Shown here: in pieces, positions 1 through 9,543 of the stretch
How the letters are laid out: every line of letters starts with the position of its first letter
How positions within the stretch are numbered: the stretch's first letter is position 1
DNA from: Deltaproteobacteria bacterium
GTDB taxonomy: Bacteria; JAMCPX01
Length of the DNA stretch: 64,000 bases
Reading direction: 5' to 3'
Assembly (NCBI GenBank): GCA_023381995.1
Contig: JAMCVD010000111.1
Span: forward strand, 545-64,544
Program-made: the position numbers and the translations under genes
Notes under the pieces: generated by a model
What the model saw: only the letters and a program-made list of their open reading frames with translations
Database searches by the model: none
What the model was told of the DNA's origin: nothing

Positions 1-747
1 CCCGCATGCATCATAGTAAAGCACACGAACCCGTGCGGCGCTGCCGTGGCCGAGAGCATTCCAGGGGCGTACGAGCGTGCCTTCAAGACGGACCCGGTAT
101 CGAGCTACGGCGGGATCTGCGGCTTCAATGCGGAGGTCGATGAAGCGACCGCACGACTCATAGGGGACACGTTCTACGAGGTCATCGTTGCCCCGTCGTT
201 TTCCCGGCCCGCGCTGGAGATACTCTCGAAGAAGAAGAACCTGAGGCTTATCAGGGTCGATCACGGTGACTCGGACGCTCCAGCGGACGGTCAGTTCGAG
301 ATGCACGACACCGCGTTCGGAGTACTCGTTCAGACGAGGGACACCATTTCGGACGAGCTAAGGGGCGGCAGGGTCGTTACGAAGAGGGCACCGACGGAAG
401 GCGAGATGAGGGACATGGACTTCGCCCTGAAGGTATGCAAGCATACGAAGAGCAATACGATCATCGTTGCACGGTCCCTCCAGCTCGTCGGCGTGGGCGC
501 CGGACAGATGAGCAGGGTCGATTCCGCAAAGATAGCGATCATGAAGTCCGGTCTCGGTACAGAGGGTGCGGTGGGGGCGTCGGACGCCTTCTTCCCGTTT
601 GCAGACGGGCTCAAGGTGCTCATGGACGCAGGCATCACGGCCGTCGTACAGCCCGGGGGCTCGATAAGGGACCAGGAGGTCATCCATGCCGCGGACGAGG
701 CCGGTATCGCCATGGTGTTCACCGGGGTAAGGCATTTCAAGCACTAA
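1..747 (+). CDS. purH: Bifunctional AICAR transformylase / IMP cyclohydrolase PurH, C-terminal part (5' end outside window)
   Basis: Frame 1 is open from nt 1 (PACIIVKHTNPCGAAVAES...). It continues through GQMSRVDSAKIAIMKS, ASDAFFPFADG, VQPGGSIRD and GVRHFKH to the stop, all typical PurH C-terminal motifs. Confidence 0.95.
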   Translation, partial: PACIIVKHTNPCGAAVAESIPGAYERAFKTDPVSSYGGICGFNAEVDEATARLIGDTFYEVIVAPSFSRPALEILSKKKNLRLIRVDHGDSDAPADGQFEMHDTAFGVLVQTRDTISDELRGGRVVTKRAPTEGEMRDMDFALKVCKHTKSNTIIVARSLQLVGVGAGQMSRVDSAKIAIMKSGLGTEGAVGASDAFFPFADGLKVLMDAGITAVVQPGGSIRDQEVIHAADEAGIAMVFTGVRHFKH

Positions 748-761
748 GACGGGAGCAAACG

Positions 762-2012
762 ATGAATGTACTGGTAATAGGTTCCGGGGGCAGGGAGCAC
801 GCCATCGTCCACAAGATGAAGCAGGATGGTATAAAAAAGATCTACTGCGCACCGGGCAATGCGGGTATAGAGGAGCTGGCCGCGTGTGTACCCATAAAGA
901 GCGATGATGTCCGGGGCCTGGTGGATTTTGCCCTGGAGAAAAAGATATACCTCACCATCGTTGGTCCGGAACTGTCATTGCAGGCCGGCATCGTCGATGC
1001 CTTTACCGAGAGAGGACTGACCATATTCGGACCGACAAGGCAGGCCGCAATGCTCGAGACATCCAAGTCCTTCGCCAAAAAGCTGCTGAAAAAGTACGGC
1101 ATCCCCACGCCGCAGTTCGAGGTCTTCGACACGTCCGCTGACGCCATCGACTATGCCGGGACGATATCGTATCCTGCCGTTATAAAGGCAGACGGCATTG
1201 CAGCGGGCAAGGGCGTTATAATAGCAGAGGATTCCTCACAGGCGATAGCCGCGATAAAGGACATCATGGACAACAGGGTGTTCGGCGACGCAGGGAAGGT
1301 CGTCCTGATAGAGGAGTTCATGGAAGGAGCCGAGTCGAGCTATTTCGTTCTGTCCAACGAGCGCGGCTTCCTGCCCCTGGGGAGTGCGAGGGACTACAAG
1401 AGGCTGCGCGATCACGACGACGGCCCGAACACGGGCGGTATGGGATCGATATCTCCGTCGGACAAGCTCACGCCGGAGCTCGAGGAGAAGGTCGTTAAAA
1501 AGATCGTATACCCCCTTATGGAGGCACTCGAAAAGGAAGGGATAGTGTACAGGGGCGTACTGTACGCCGGGCTCATGATCGTGGACGACGAGCCGTACGT
1601 GCTGGAATTCAATGCGAGGTTCGGGGACCCGGAGACACAGGCACTGCTGCCCCGCGTGGAGGGCGAGATGGTCGGCATCCTTACCGACAGCGCAAAGGGC
1701 AGGATGTTCTCGGACAGGCTCAGCCTGAGACAGGACGTCTCCGTGTGCGTCGTAATGGCCTCAAAGGGCTACCCCGCCAGCCCCCAGACGGACAATGTCA
1801 TAGAGGGACTGAAGGACGCCATAGGGAAAGACATCTTTATATTCCATGCCGGGACACGGAACGAGAAGGGCATTATAAAGACCGCGGGCGGCAGGGTACT
1901 CGGGGTAACGGCCCTCGGAGAAAGCATGAAGGCAGCGAGGGAGAAGGCTTATAGGGCGATCGGCAGCATTGTGTTCGAGGGCTCACAATTCAGGAGCGAT
2001 ATAGGCCTATGA
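762..2012 (+). CDS. purD: Phosphoribosylamine--glycine ligase
   Basis: ATG at 762 gives MNVLVIGSGGREHAIVHK..., an ATP-grasp core, then GGRVLGVTA. The track start at 435 is an in-frame upstream extension overlapping purH. Confidence 0.95.
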   Translation: MNVLVIGSGGREHAIVHKMKQDGIKKIYCAPGNAGIEELAACVPIKSDDVRGLVDFALEKKIYLTIVGPELSLQAGIVDAFTERGLTIFGPTRQAAMLETSKSFAKKLLKKYGIPTPQFEVFDTSADAIDYAGTISYPAVIKADGIAAGKGVIIAEDSSQAIAAIKDIMDNRVFGDAGKVVLIEEFMEGAESSYFVLSNERGFLPLGSARDYKRLRDHDDGPNTGGMGSISPSDKLTPELEEKVVKKIVYPLMEALEKEGIVYRGVLYAGLMIVDDEPYVLEFNARFGDPETQALLPRVEGEMVGILTDSAKGRMFSDRLSLRQDVSVCVVMASKGYPASPQTDNVIEGLKDAIGKDIFIFHAGTRNEKGIIKTAGGRVLGVTALGESMKAAREKAYRAIGSIVFEGSQFRSDIGL

Positions 2013-3118
2013 GAGTCGGGTATCTACTATTATTGATCCCATTCCTTATCGTGTCCTCATGCGCTGCGCCGAATAGCGAGGCCGGACACGTCGTACTGCC
2101 GGGGCCGGCCCCCGTGTCTTCGGACGGCGCGGAGGGCACCGGAGCACAGCACGCGGGATTGCAGCGGACTGGTGCCGCGTCGGCGATACCGATAGCCGGG
2201 CAAGATGCCACGCCCGTGGCGGGGCTTTTCCAGAAAGACAGGGACGAGGGGGCGTACGAGGGGCTCGGCCCGGGCGATGAGATCAGCGTAACGGTATGGG
2301 GACACCCGGACATCAGCGGTGTGGCGAGGATAGAGCGGGACGGCAGGATATACCTGCCGCTCGTGGGCGGGGTCTACGCAAAGGGCCTGACGCCCGGACG
2401 ACTGAAAGACAAGCTGACAAAGGACATATCGGAATACATAAAGCACCCGCTCATAGACGTCGAGGTAAAGGAGTATGCGAGCAGGCTCGTCCTTATACTC
2501 GGCAGCGTCGCGAGGCCGGGGATATACCCTCTGAGGGGTGGCACGGACATTGTGACGGCGATCGCGCTGGCAGGCGGACAGGCACAGCAGTCGAACCTCT
2601 CGAACATCTATCTGCTGAGGAGAGGGCATTCCACGATCGTGAACGTCGCAGACTATATCCGGACGGGCAGTGCCTATAACGATCCCGTCCTTGAGAACAA
2701 GGACGTGGTGTATGTACCGAGCGCAGAGGAGCAGAACGTTATAGTGCTCGGCAGGGTGGACAGACCCGTCGTGATACCCGTTGCCGGTGCCCCGATGTCC
2801 ATCGTCAAGGCCATAGTGCTCGCGGGAGGGTTCAAGAACGGCGCCCTGAAAAACGATGTGAAGGTCATACGCGGGGGCCTGATACACCCGGACATCTATA
2901 CGGTCAATCTCGATGACATTCTGCACGGCAAGCGGCCCGGGTCCGCGCAGGGACTGAGCCTTTATGCAGGTGACATCGTCTTCGTCCCCCAGAGCGGGAT
3001 AGCGACGTGGAACGACATCCTCGAGCAGATACAGCCGACGATGGACCTCCTGCTTGCAAAGCCGCTGTCCATAGCGACGAACTATCTTCTTTTGAGACAG
3101 CTCCTGAGGTACCCATAG
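2009..3118 (+). CDS. Polysaccharide export lipoprotein (Wza-like, Poly_export + SLBB domains)
   Basis: Signal peptide with lipobox (LIVSSC). Motif GDEISVTVWGHPDISG...DGRIYLPLVG is followed by SLBB-like repeats. The ATG overlaps the purD stop (ATGA, 2009-2012). Confidence 0.8.
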   Translation: MRVGYLLLLIPFLIVSSCAAPNSEAGHVVLPGPAPVSSDGAEGTGAQHAGLQRTGAASAIPIAGQDATPVAGLFQKDRDEGAYEGLGPGDEISVTVWGHPDISGVARIERDGRIYLPLVGGVYAKGLTPGRLKDKLTKDISEYIKHPLIDVEVKEYASRLVLILGSVARPGIYPLRGGTDIVTAIALAGGQAQQSNLSNIYLLRRGHSTIVNVADYIRTGSAYNDPVLENKDVVYVPSAEEQNVIVLGRVDRPVVIPVAGAPMSIVKAIVLAGGFKNGALKNDVKVIRGGLIHPDIYTVNLDDILHGKRPGSAQGLSLYAGDIVFVPQSGIATWNDILEQIQPTMDLLLAKPLSIATNYLLLRQLLRYP

Positions 3119-5463
3119 TGACGGAGAGCACCCCGTTAACAACGTCGCCGGAACTCGTCGAGTATATACTTTTATTAAGGAGAAAGTGGAAGCTCATCGC
3201 GCTCATTACGCTCCTGTTCTTTGTGAGCGGTACGGCATACACGCTCCTCGAGGCTCCCGTCTACGAGTCCTCCGCGACCATCTATATAGAAGAGCCCCTG
3301 TCGAGGAACAACCTGCTCAGCGATATCATCGTGATGCAGTGGTGGAACCGGACGTCTTCCGAGAGACTGATAGCACAGAGCAGGTCGGTCGCCGCCCTTG
3401 CCGTGGAAAAGCTCGGCCTCGACTACCATGTGGCCTCGAGGCCCCCGGGGGCCGGTGTATATATCTACAGGATAAGGCCTGCCGACAGGGAGGCGATCAG
3501 TGGCTTCACTTTGAAGTTCACGGCCGGCGGCGCATACGACGTCTCTGTCCGGGGAAGGACCATAGGCAGCGGTACGGTGGGCATACCGTTTACCTCGCCG
3601 GAGCTCGGCTTCTATCTGAGGAAGGCCGACGGCGTGTCCGGCGGCGACGCCGTGACCGTTGCAAGGGGCAGCTTCGAGGGTGCCGTGGACATGGTCCGTG
3701 CGGACACGAGCATAGAAGAGATGGGCGAGATGACGAACATCCTGAAGGTGAGCTGCAGGAACAGCGACCCCTACCTTGCGAGCCTTATAGCGAACGAACT
3801 CGTGGATGCGTATATCGATCTCAGCATCAAGAGGATGAGCCAGGAGGCGTCCCAGGCGCTGGATTTCATATCGAGACAGCTCGAGATCACGAACAACAGC
3901 CTTGTGAGCTCGGAGGAGGTAATGGACCGGTACAAGAGGGAGCATGGTATCATATCGCTCAAAGCAGAGACGGAAGAGGCAATAAAGAGGATATCGGAGC
4001 TCGAAAAGGCCAGGCTCGATATAGCGCTGAAGATAAAGGACGCAGACTCGCTGAAAGACATGCTCTCCGGCCCGCATGCAGACATCGGGGACTATCTCAT
4101 CGGGGGCTCTGACCCGGTGCTCGGCTCCATGGTCAGGGGGCTTGCGGGGCTCGAGATCCGGAGAAAGGCCATGCTCGAAGAGTACACGGAGAAGTATCCG
4201 GGTGTGGTGGAACTGGATGCACAGATAGTCGAGTCAAAGCGGAAGATCATCGAGATGGTGGCCAGTACGGTGAACAGGCTCGAGATCCAGCAGAAAAACA
4301 TAAAGCTGTCCGAGGAGGCGTACTATAGAAGCCTTTCCGGACTACCCGGTGTAGCAAGGCACTACGCACATCTGGAAAGGGACTTCAAGGTAAACCAGGA
4401 ATTGTATGATTTCCTGCTGAAGAAGCACGAGGAGGCACGGATCTCAAAGGCGGCCACGGTGGCGGACATCCGTTTGATAGACAACGCCGTTCCTTCCCGG
4501 GAACCGATAGAGCCGAAAAGGGGAAAGAACGCGCTGGTCAGCTTCTTGCTCGGCCTCGTACTGTCCCTGATCATCGCCTTCTACATAGAGTATACCGATA
4601 CGTCCCTGAAGACCGTGGAAGACGCACGCAGGAGGCTGAAGCTGCCGATATTCGGCATCATACCGCGGATCCCCGGGATCGGTCACGATGGAGCCGACGG
4701 CAGGGCACATACAATGCTTATGAGCGGTGAGGACCTTAAGTCCACCGTCTCCGAGGCCTATAGGTCCCTGAGGACCAATATACAGTTTGCCGACGTCGGG
4801 AACAAGAACAAGTGTTTTTTGATAACCTCTGCCGGGCCCGGAGAAGGGAAGTCCATAACCGCGGCGAATACTGCGATTACGCTGGCGTATGCAGACATCC
4901 CCACGGTCCTTATAGACGCGGACTTCAGAAAGCCGGCGATCCACGGCCTCTTCGATCTCGGACAGGAGGCGGGCCTCACGAACTACCTTGTGTCTGACCT
5001 GCAGTTGGCCGATATAGTGCGACATACGGCGAGCAAGAACCTTGACGTCATAACCGCGGGCATTGTTCCGCCGAACCCCTCTGAGCTGCTGAACAGGGCA
5101 AGGGTGGACGACCTGATACGGGAGTTGAAGAAGTATTACAGCTACGTCATCTTTGATACGCCGCCCGTACTGCCCGTGACCGATTCCGCCGTCCTTGGAT
5201 CGAAGGTAGACGGTGCCTTCATCGTCGTCGAGCTGGGCAAGACTACCATCGAGGCGGTCGCACGGGCGTATTCCCTGCTTGCGAACACCAAGACGAACGT
5301 GGAGGGCGTCATACTCAATAAGATCAATACCACTGTCGGTAGGTACGGCAATTACTATTACTATTACCGCTATGACAGGTATTACCGTCAGAAAGGGGAC
5401 AGGCCTGTCTTCGGGCGATTCATGGAAAGGCTGTTCAGACTCTATAGATTCCTCAGCGGGTAG
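3118..5463 (+). CDS. Polysaccharide co-polymerase / BY-type tyrosine autokinase (Wzc/GumC-like)
   Basis: Wzz-type N domain with a TM segment, a long coiled coil and a second TM. P-loop ITSAGPGEGKS, VLIDADFR, YVIFDTPP, and a terminal Tyr cluster GNYYYYYRYDRYY (5341-5392). The start is uncertain: I chose GTG 3118, which overlaps the upstream stop, over the track start at 3007. Confidence 0.8.
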   Translation: MTESTPLTTSPELVEYILLLRRKWKLIALITLLFFVSGTAYTLLEAPVYESSATIYIEEPLSRNNLLSDIIVMQWWNRTSSERLIAQSRSVAALAVEKLGLDYHVASRPPGAGVYIYRIRPADREAISGFTLKFTAGGAYDVSVRGRTIGSGTVGIPFTSPELGFYLRKADGVSGGDAVTVARGSFEGAVDMVRADTSIEEMGEMTNILKVSCRNSDPYLASLIANELVDAYIDLSIKRMSQEASQALDFISRQLEITNNSLVSSEEVMDRYKREHGIISLKAETEEAIKRISELEKARLDIALKIKDADSLKDMLSGPHADIGDYLIGGSDPVLGSMVRGLAGLEIRRKAMLEEYTEKYPGVVELDAQIVESKRKIIEMVASTVNRLEIQQKNIKLSEEAYYRSLSGLPGVARHYAHLERDFKVNQELYDFLLKKHEEARISKAATVADIRLIDNAVPSREPIEPKRGKNALVSFLLGLVLSLIIAFYIEYTDTSLKTVEDARRRLKLPIFGIIPRIPGIGHDGADGRAHTMLMSGEDLKSTVSEAYRSLRTNIQFADVGNKNKCFLITSAGPGEGKSITAANTAITLAYADIPTVLIDADFRKPAIHGLFDLGQEAGLTNYLVSDLQLADIVRHTASKNLDVITAGIVPPNPSELLNRARVDDLIRELKKYYSYVIFDTPPVLPVTDSAVLGSKVDGAFIVVELGKTTIEAVARAYSLLANTKTNVEGVILNKINTTVGRYGNYYYYYRYDRYYRQKGDRPVFGRFMERLFRLYRFLSG

Positions 5464-5479
5464 GGGACCGAGTGAGGGT

Positions 5480-6505
5480 TCATCCGACTTCGAGCACGAT
5501 CTTGCCGAAGTTTTTCCGCTCGAGCATCTCCTGCTGCGCCATCGCCGCGTCTTTTAGCTTGAAGACCCTGTGCACGACTGGCTTGAGCCTGCCGGAATCG
5601 ACGAACCTGAGCAGCTCGAGGAGTTCCGCCTTCTTCCCCATATACGAGCCGAGCAGCGAGAGATGACGTGAGAACACGTACCTGAGGTCGAAGCCCACGG
5701 ACGGCCCGCTCGTCGATCCGCATGTTACAAGCCTCCCGTTCCTTGCAAGGCTCCTTATGCTCTTGTCCCAGACCTCCGGGCCGATGTGATCGATTACTAT
5801 GTCCACCCCCTGCCCGCCGGTCAGCCTCTTCACCTCCTCCTCGAAGTCGTGGCGCGTATAGTTGACTGCATGGTCCGCACCGAGTGCCTTTGCCTTTTCG
5901 ATCTTGTCGTCGCTCCCTGCGGTCGTTATGACATACGCGCCGAAAAGCTTTGCGATCTGTATCGCCGCAATGCCGACCCCGCTGCCGCCTGCCTGTACGA
6001 GCACGCTGTCTCCGGGCTTTATGCCTGCGCGTCCCACGAGCATGTGCCACGCTGTCAGGAACACAAGGGGGACGGAGGCGGCCTCTCCGAACGTGAGGTG
6101 CTGCGGCTTTGGAATGACGTTTACCGCGGGCACGGACACATACTCCGCATACCCTCCGTTGTTTCTGTACCCGAGTATGGTATAGTGGCCGCACTGGTTG
6201 TCGTCCCCCCTCAGGCACCTTTCGCACCTCATGCAGCTTATGCCGGGCGATACGAGTATCTCATCGCCCCTCGTCATGCCTTCGACGCCTTCGCCGATGT
6301 CTTCTACGATGCCGGACACGTCGCTGCCCGATATGTGCGGGAGGGCTACGCCTGATAGGCCCTGTCTCTCCCATATATCGAGATGGTTCAGCGCGCATGC
6401 CCGGACCTTTATGAGTACCTCGCCCGGCTTTACGTCCGGGTCCGGAAAGTCCGTGTATTTCAGTGTGTCCACGTCCCCGAATTCCCGGAATACGACTGCC
6501 TTCAT
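5480..6505 (-). CDS. Zinc-dependent alcohol dehydrogenase / MDR-family oxidoreductase
   Basis: MKAVVFREFG...GEVLIKVRACALNHLD; structural-zinc Cys cluster CMRCERCLRGDDNQC; Rossmann motif VQAGGSGVG. Confidence 0.85.
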   Translation of the reverse strand: MKAVVFREFGDVDTLKYTDFPDPDVKPGEVLIKVRACALNHLDIWERQGLSGVALPHISGSDVSGIVEDIGEGVEGMTRGDEILVSPGISCMRCERCLRGDDNQCGHYTILGYRNNGGYAEYVSVPAVNVIPKPQHLTFGEAASVPLVFLTAWHMLVGRAGIKPGDSVLVQAGGSGVGIAAIQIAKLFGAYVITTAGSDDKIEKAKALGADHAVNYTRHDFEEEVKRLTGGQGVDIVIDHIGPEVWDKSIRSLARNGRLVTCGSTSGPSVGFDLRYVFSRHLSLLGSYMGKKAELLELLRFVDSGRLKPVVHRVFKLKDAAMAQQEMLERKNFGKIVLEVG

Positions 6506-6522
6506 CCCGACCCCCCTCTCTT

Positions 6523-8109
6523 TCAGGTAGTATGCCTGAGCATGCGTCCCGGCAGGGCCTTCGTGTGTACGCCCCTGCTCACAACGACGACGCCGTTCAC
6601 GATCACCGTATCGATGCCTGCCGGATAGACGTGGGGCTGCAGGTATGTTGCTCTGTCTTCCATCCGTTCAGGGGAGAAGATCACGACGTCCGCAAACCAT
6701 CCTTCCTTTATCATGCCCCTGTGCTGTATGCCCACCCTCGCGGCAGGCAGCGAGGTCATCTTGTAGACCGCCTGCTCCATGCTCAGGATGCCTGTCTTTA
6801 CGAAGTCGCTGAACACGCGCGGGTATGTGCCGTAGGCCCTCGGGTGCGGCTTGCCTTCGTAGAGTGGTCCATAGTCCGCCCTCAGTCCAGCGTCCGAGCC
6901 GATCGAGACATAGGGCTTTGCAAGGATGCGCTTGAGATTGCCCTCGTCCATTGCGAAGTAGATGGCGGTCGTCATGAGCCTGTCCCTGATGAGGATGTGG
7001 AATACGGCATCGAGCGGCCCCATGCGGAGCTGCTCCGCTATGGCAGGGATGGTCATGCCTTCGAACGGCTTGAGCTCTCCTGCAAAGCACTGCGAGAGCA
7101 TGATCCTCGAGAAGTAGTCCCGCAGATCGCGGTGTTGGAGCGTAAGCCCGTTCTCTATCTGCTGCCTCGTCCTCCGGTCTTCGAGCCTTTTCAATGCCGC
7201 ATCCGTGGAGTCCGCGAATACCCAGTCGGGTATGACGGACGCCAGCCCCGTGTATGCCGACAGATAAGGGTACCTGTCCGCAGCGACGTCCATACCCTGT
7301 CCCCTCGAGGTCTCTATGACATCGAACACCCTGTCGAGCTTGCCCCAGTTTTCCGGGTGCATGGTCTTAAGATGGCTTATCTCGACGGGCAGGCCTGCCT
7401 CTTTGCCTATCCCGATCGCCTCCTCGACGGACTCCACCAGCGTCCTGCCCTCGGAGCGCATATGGGTCGCGTAGATGCCGGCGAAGTCCGCAACGGTCTT
7501 TGAAAGCTCTGTGACCTCCCGTGTGTCCGCATACGCACCGGGTGTGTATGCGAGGCCCGTCGACATGCCGAATGCCCCTGCCTGCATGGATTCCTTCACA
7601 AGGGAGACCATACCGTCCATCTCCCTGTCCGTCGGCTTTGCTGCCCTTCTGCCCATTACCGAGCCCCGGATGGTACCGTGTCCCACGAGCATCGCGATGT
7701 TCAGTGCGGTGCCGCCTTTTTCGACCAGTCCGATATAGTCGGAGAGATTTTTTATGTCGAGCCTGAGCCTGTAGTTGTCGTAGTACTGCTCTTCCCTTTC
7801 CTGTCGTATGGCCCCGTCGACCGGCGCTATCGAGTATCCGCAGTTGCCATTGACCTCGGTCGTCACTCCCTGTCTGACCTTGCTTTCCCCGTAGGGATTG
7901 AGGAGTATGTGGTAGTCCGAGTGCGAGTGTATGTCGATGAAGCCCGGCGAGACCGTCATGCCGGATGCGTCTATGACCCTGTCGGCCTCGAGAGAAGTCC
8001 TTGATATCCGGCCTATCCTGTCTCCCGCTATCTCGATGTCGGCATAAAAGCCGCTCCCGCCGCTCCCGTCCAGGACGAAGCCGTTTTTGATGACGGTAGT
8101 GCCGACCAT
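6523..8109 (-). CDS. N-acyl-D-amino-acid deacylase (D-aminoacylase) family amidohydrolase
   Basis: IKNGFVLDGSG...DIEIAGDRIGRI...GFIDIHSHSD; typical length of 528 aa. Confidence 0.8.
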   Translation of the reverse strand: MVGTTVIKNGFVLDGSGGSGFYADIEIAGDRIGRISRTSLEADRVIDASGMTVSPGFIDIHSHSDYHILLNPYGESKVRQGVTTEVNGNCGYSIAPVDGAIRQEREEQYYDNYRLRLDIKNLSDYIGLVEKGGTALNIAMLVGHGTIRGSVMGRRAAKPTDREMDGMVSLVKESMQAGAFGMSTGLAYTPGAYADTREVTELSKTVADFAGIYATHMRSEGRTLVESVEEAIGIGKEAGLPVEISHLKTMHPENWGKLDRVFDVIETSRGQGMDVAADRYPYLSAYTGLASVIPDWVFADSTDAALKRLEDRRTRQQIENGLTLQHRDLRDYFSRIMLSQCFAGELKPFEGMTIPAIAEQLRMGPLDAVFHILIRDRLMTTAIYFAMDEGNLKRILAKPYVSIGSDAGLRADYGPLYEGKPHPRAYGTYPRVFSDFVKTGILSMEQAVYKMTSLPAARVGIQHRGMIKEGWFADVVIFSPERMEDRATYLQPHVYPAGIDTVIVNGVVVVSRGVHTKALPGRMLRHTT

Positions 8110-8113
8110 GGGG

Positions 8114-8680
8114 CTACTTCATCGCGATGAAGCCGTACTGGTACTCCCCGGAAGGGCCCTTTACGACGACATCGAAATACCTCTTGAGCAGCGAAAAGGC
8201 GTCCTCGTACGACACCCTGTCTTCGAGGGGCGGCCCCGAAGGGGTAGGCTCTCTCCTGTGATCTATGAGCACGAGCCTGCCGTCAGGCTTCATGAGCCTT
8301 CTCAGCTCCTGTAGAAAGGTCTCTCTGTCATAGGCCTCGTGGAGCATGTTGACGTTGATGACCATGTCGGCGATCCCATCGCCGAGGGGGATGCCTGTCT
8401 CTTCCGATACTACCGGGTATACGTTCCTGATAGAATGGCTCTCTATCTTTTTCTTGAGCATGTCGAGCATGTCTTTGGAGATATCGACCGCATACACGAG
8501 CCCATCCTTGCCAGTGAGGGCCGAGGCGGACATCGTGTAAAACCCTGTGCCGCACCCGACGTCCGCTACGACCATTCCCTGCTTGATGCCGGCGGCCGAT
8601 AGTATCTTGTCGGGCTGCTCGTGTTCTCGGCGCTGCGGATTGTCCAGATCGTGCGCCCGTGTGGGATCGAATTTATGCAT
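8114..8680 (-). CDS. Class I SAM-dependent methyltransferase
   Basis: Motif I VADVGCGTGFYT and a post-I acidic residue; 188 aa. Confidence 0.8.
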   Translation of the reverse strand: MHKFDPTRAHDLDNPQRREHEQPDKILSAAGIKQGMVVADVGCGTGFYTMSASALTGKDGLVYAVDISKDMLDMLKKKIESHSIRNVYPVVSEETGIPLGDGIADMVINVNMLHEAYDRETFLQELRRLMKPDGRLVLIDHRREPTPSGPPLEDRVSYEDAFSLLKRYFDVVVKGPSGEYQYGFIAMK

Positions 8681-8710
8681 AAAATGAGAGGGGCCGGGCT
8701 ACCCGGCCCC
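8681..8710 (-). terminator. Candidate intrinsic terminator/attenuator after the dodecin gene
   Basis: Perfect 9-bp GC stem GGGGCCGGG-CTA-CCCGGCCCC (8690-8710). On the minus strand it is followed by TCTCATTTT. Confidence 0.5.
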
Positions 8711-8738
8711 TGTTACGGCAGGGCCAAGGGGCTCCGTA

Positions 8739-8942
8739 TCAATCCTCAAGGATAAAGGTGATGTTCATGGTGACCCGGTATTCCGAGACCTTACCGTCCT
8801 GAATCTTTGCCTTTTGAGATACGATCTCAGCGCCCGTGAGGTTCCTCAGGGTCTTGTTTGCCCTCTTCAGTCCCTCATTGAATGCCTCCTGCCATCCTTT
8901 TGTGGATGACGCCACGACCTGTGTTACCCTTGCTACAGCCAT
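8739..8942 (-). CDS. Dodecin-family flavin-binding protein
   Basis: 67 aa; KTLRNL...EYRVTMNITFILED matches the dodecin pattern (KTLR..., EY.V...F.LE). Confidence 0.75.
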   Translation of the reverse strand: MAVARVTQVVASSTKGWQEAFNEGLKRANKTLRNLTGAEIVSQKAKIQDGKVSEYRVTMNITFILED

Positions 8943-8943
8943 A

Positions 8944-9543
8944 CTACACCTCCGTTTTTAGTGTTTTCGAGAAATTTACAAAATAGTTCGCGCCGGACCA
9001 CATCGTTACGAACAAGGCGATCCATATGAAGAGCATGCCCACCCTCTGAAAGTCCACGCCGAAGTGGGTGTAGTGTATGAGGAGCCCCACCACGGCAGCT
9101 ATCTGAAAGTTGGTTTTATATTTCCCTTCGAGCGATGCCGGTATAATGAGCCCCCCGGACGCCGATACGGCCCTCAGTCCGGTCACTGCAATCTCACGTC
9201 CTATGATGAGTACCACGATCCACGCATGCAGCCTGTTTATGGAGACGAGCATTATCATGGTGGTGGCTATGAGCAGCTTGTCCGCTATCGGATCGAGCAG
9301 CTTGCCGAGGTTCGTTATCCCTCTGTACTTCCGTGCAAAATAACCGTCGAAAAAGTCGGTGAGTCCGCCTATACCGAAGACGACCGCAGCCAAAAAGCTT
9401 AGCCACTCGAGCCGCACTGTATGCGACCGCGCGGTGTACCGTATGACCTCGAAAAGCACTATCATGAAGGGTATCAGGAATACCCTCGAGATGCTGAGAA
9501 GATTGGGCAGCGTTTTCAGGTCGTTCGATAAATCGTCATGCAT
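8944..9543 (-). CDS. pgsA: CDP-diacylglycerol--glycerol-3-phosphate 3-phosphatidyltransferase
   Basis: CDP-alcohol phosphatidyltransferase motif DFFDGYFARK...GKLLDPIADKL, with multiple TM segments. Confidence 0.85.
   Translation of the reverse strand: MHDDLSNDLKTLPNLLSISRVFLIPFMIVLFEVIRYTARSHTVRLEWLSFLAAVVFGIGGLTDFFDGYFARKYRGITNLGKLLDPIADKLLIATTMIMLVSINRLHAWIVVLIIGREIAVTGLRAVSASGGLIIPASLEGKYKTNFQIAAVVGLLIHYTHFGVDFQRVGMLFIWIALFVTMWSGANYFVNFSKTLKTEV

Noticed and set aside
435-761. A 109-aa N-terminal extension of purD in the track (start 435).
   Set aside because: It overlaps the purH coding frame and is Arg/Gly-rich nonsense. The conserved PurD N-terminus MNVLVIGSGGREHA begins at 762.
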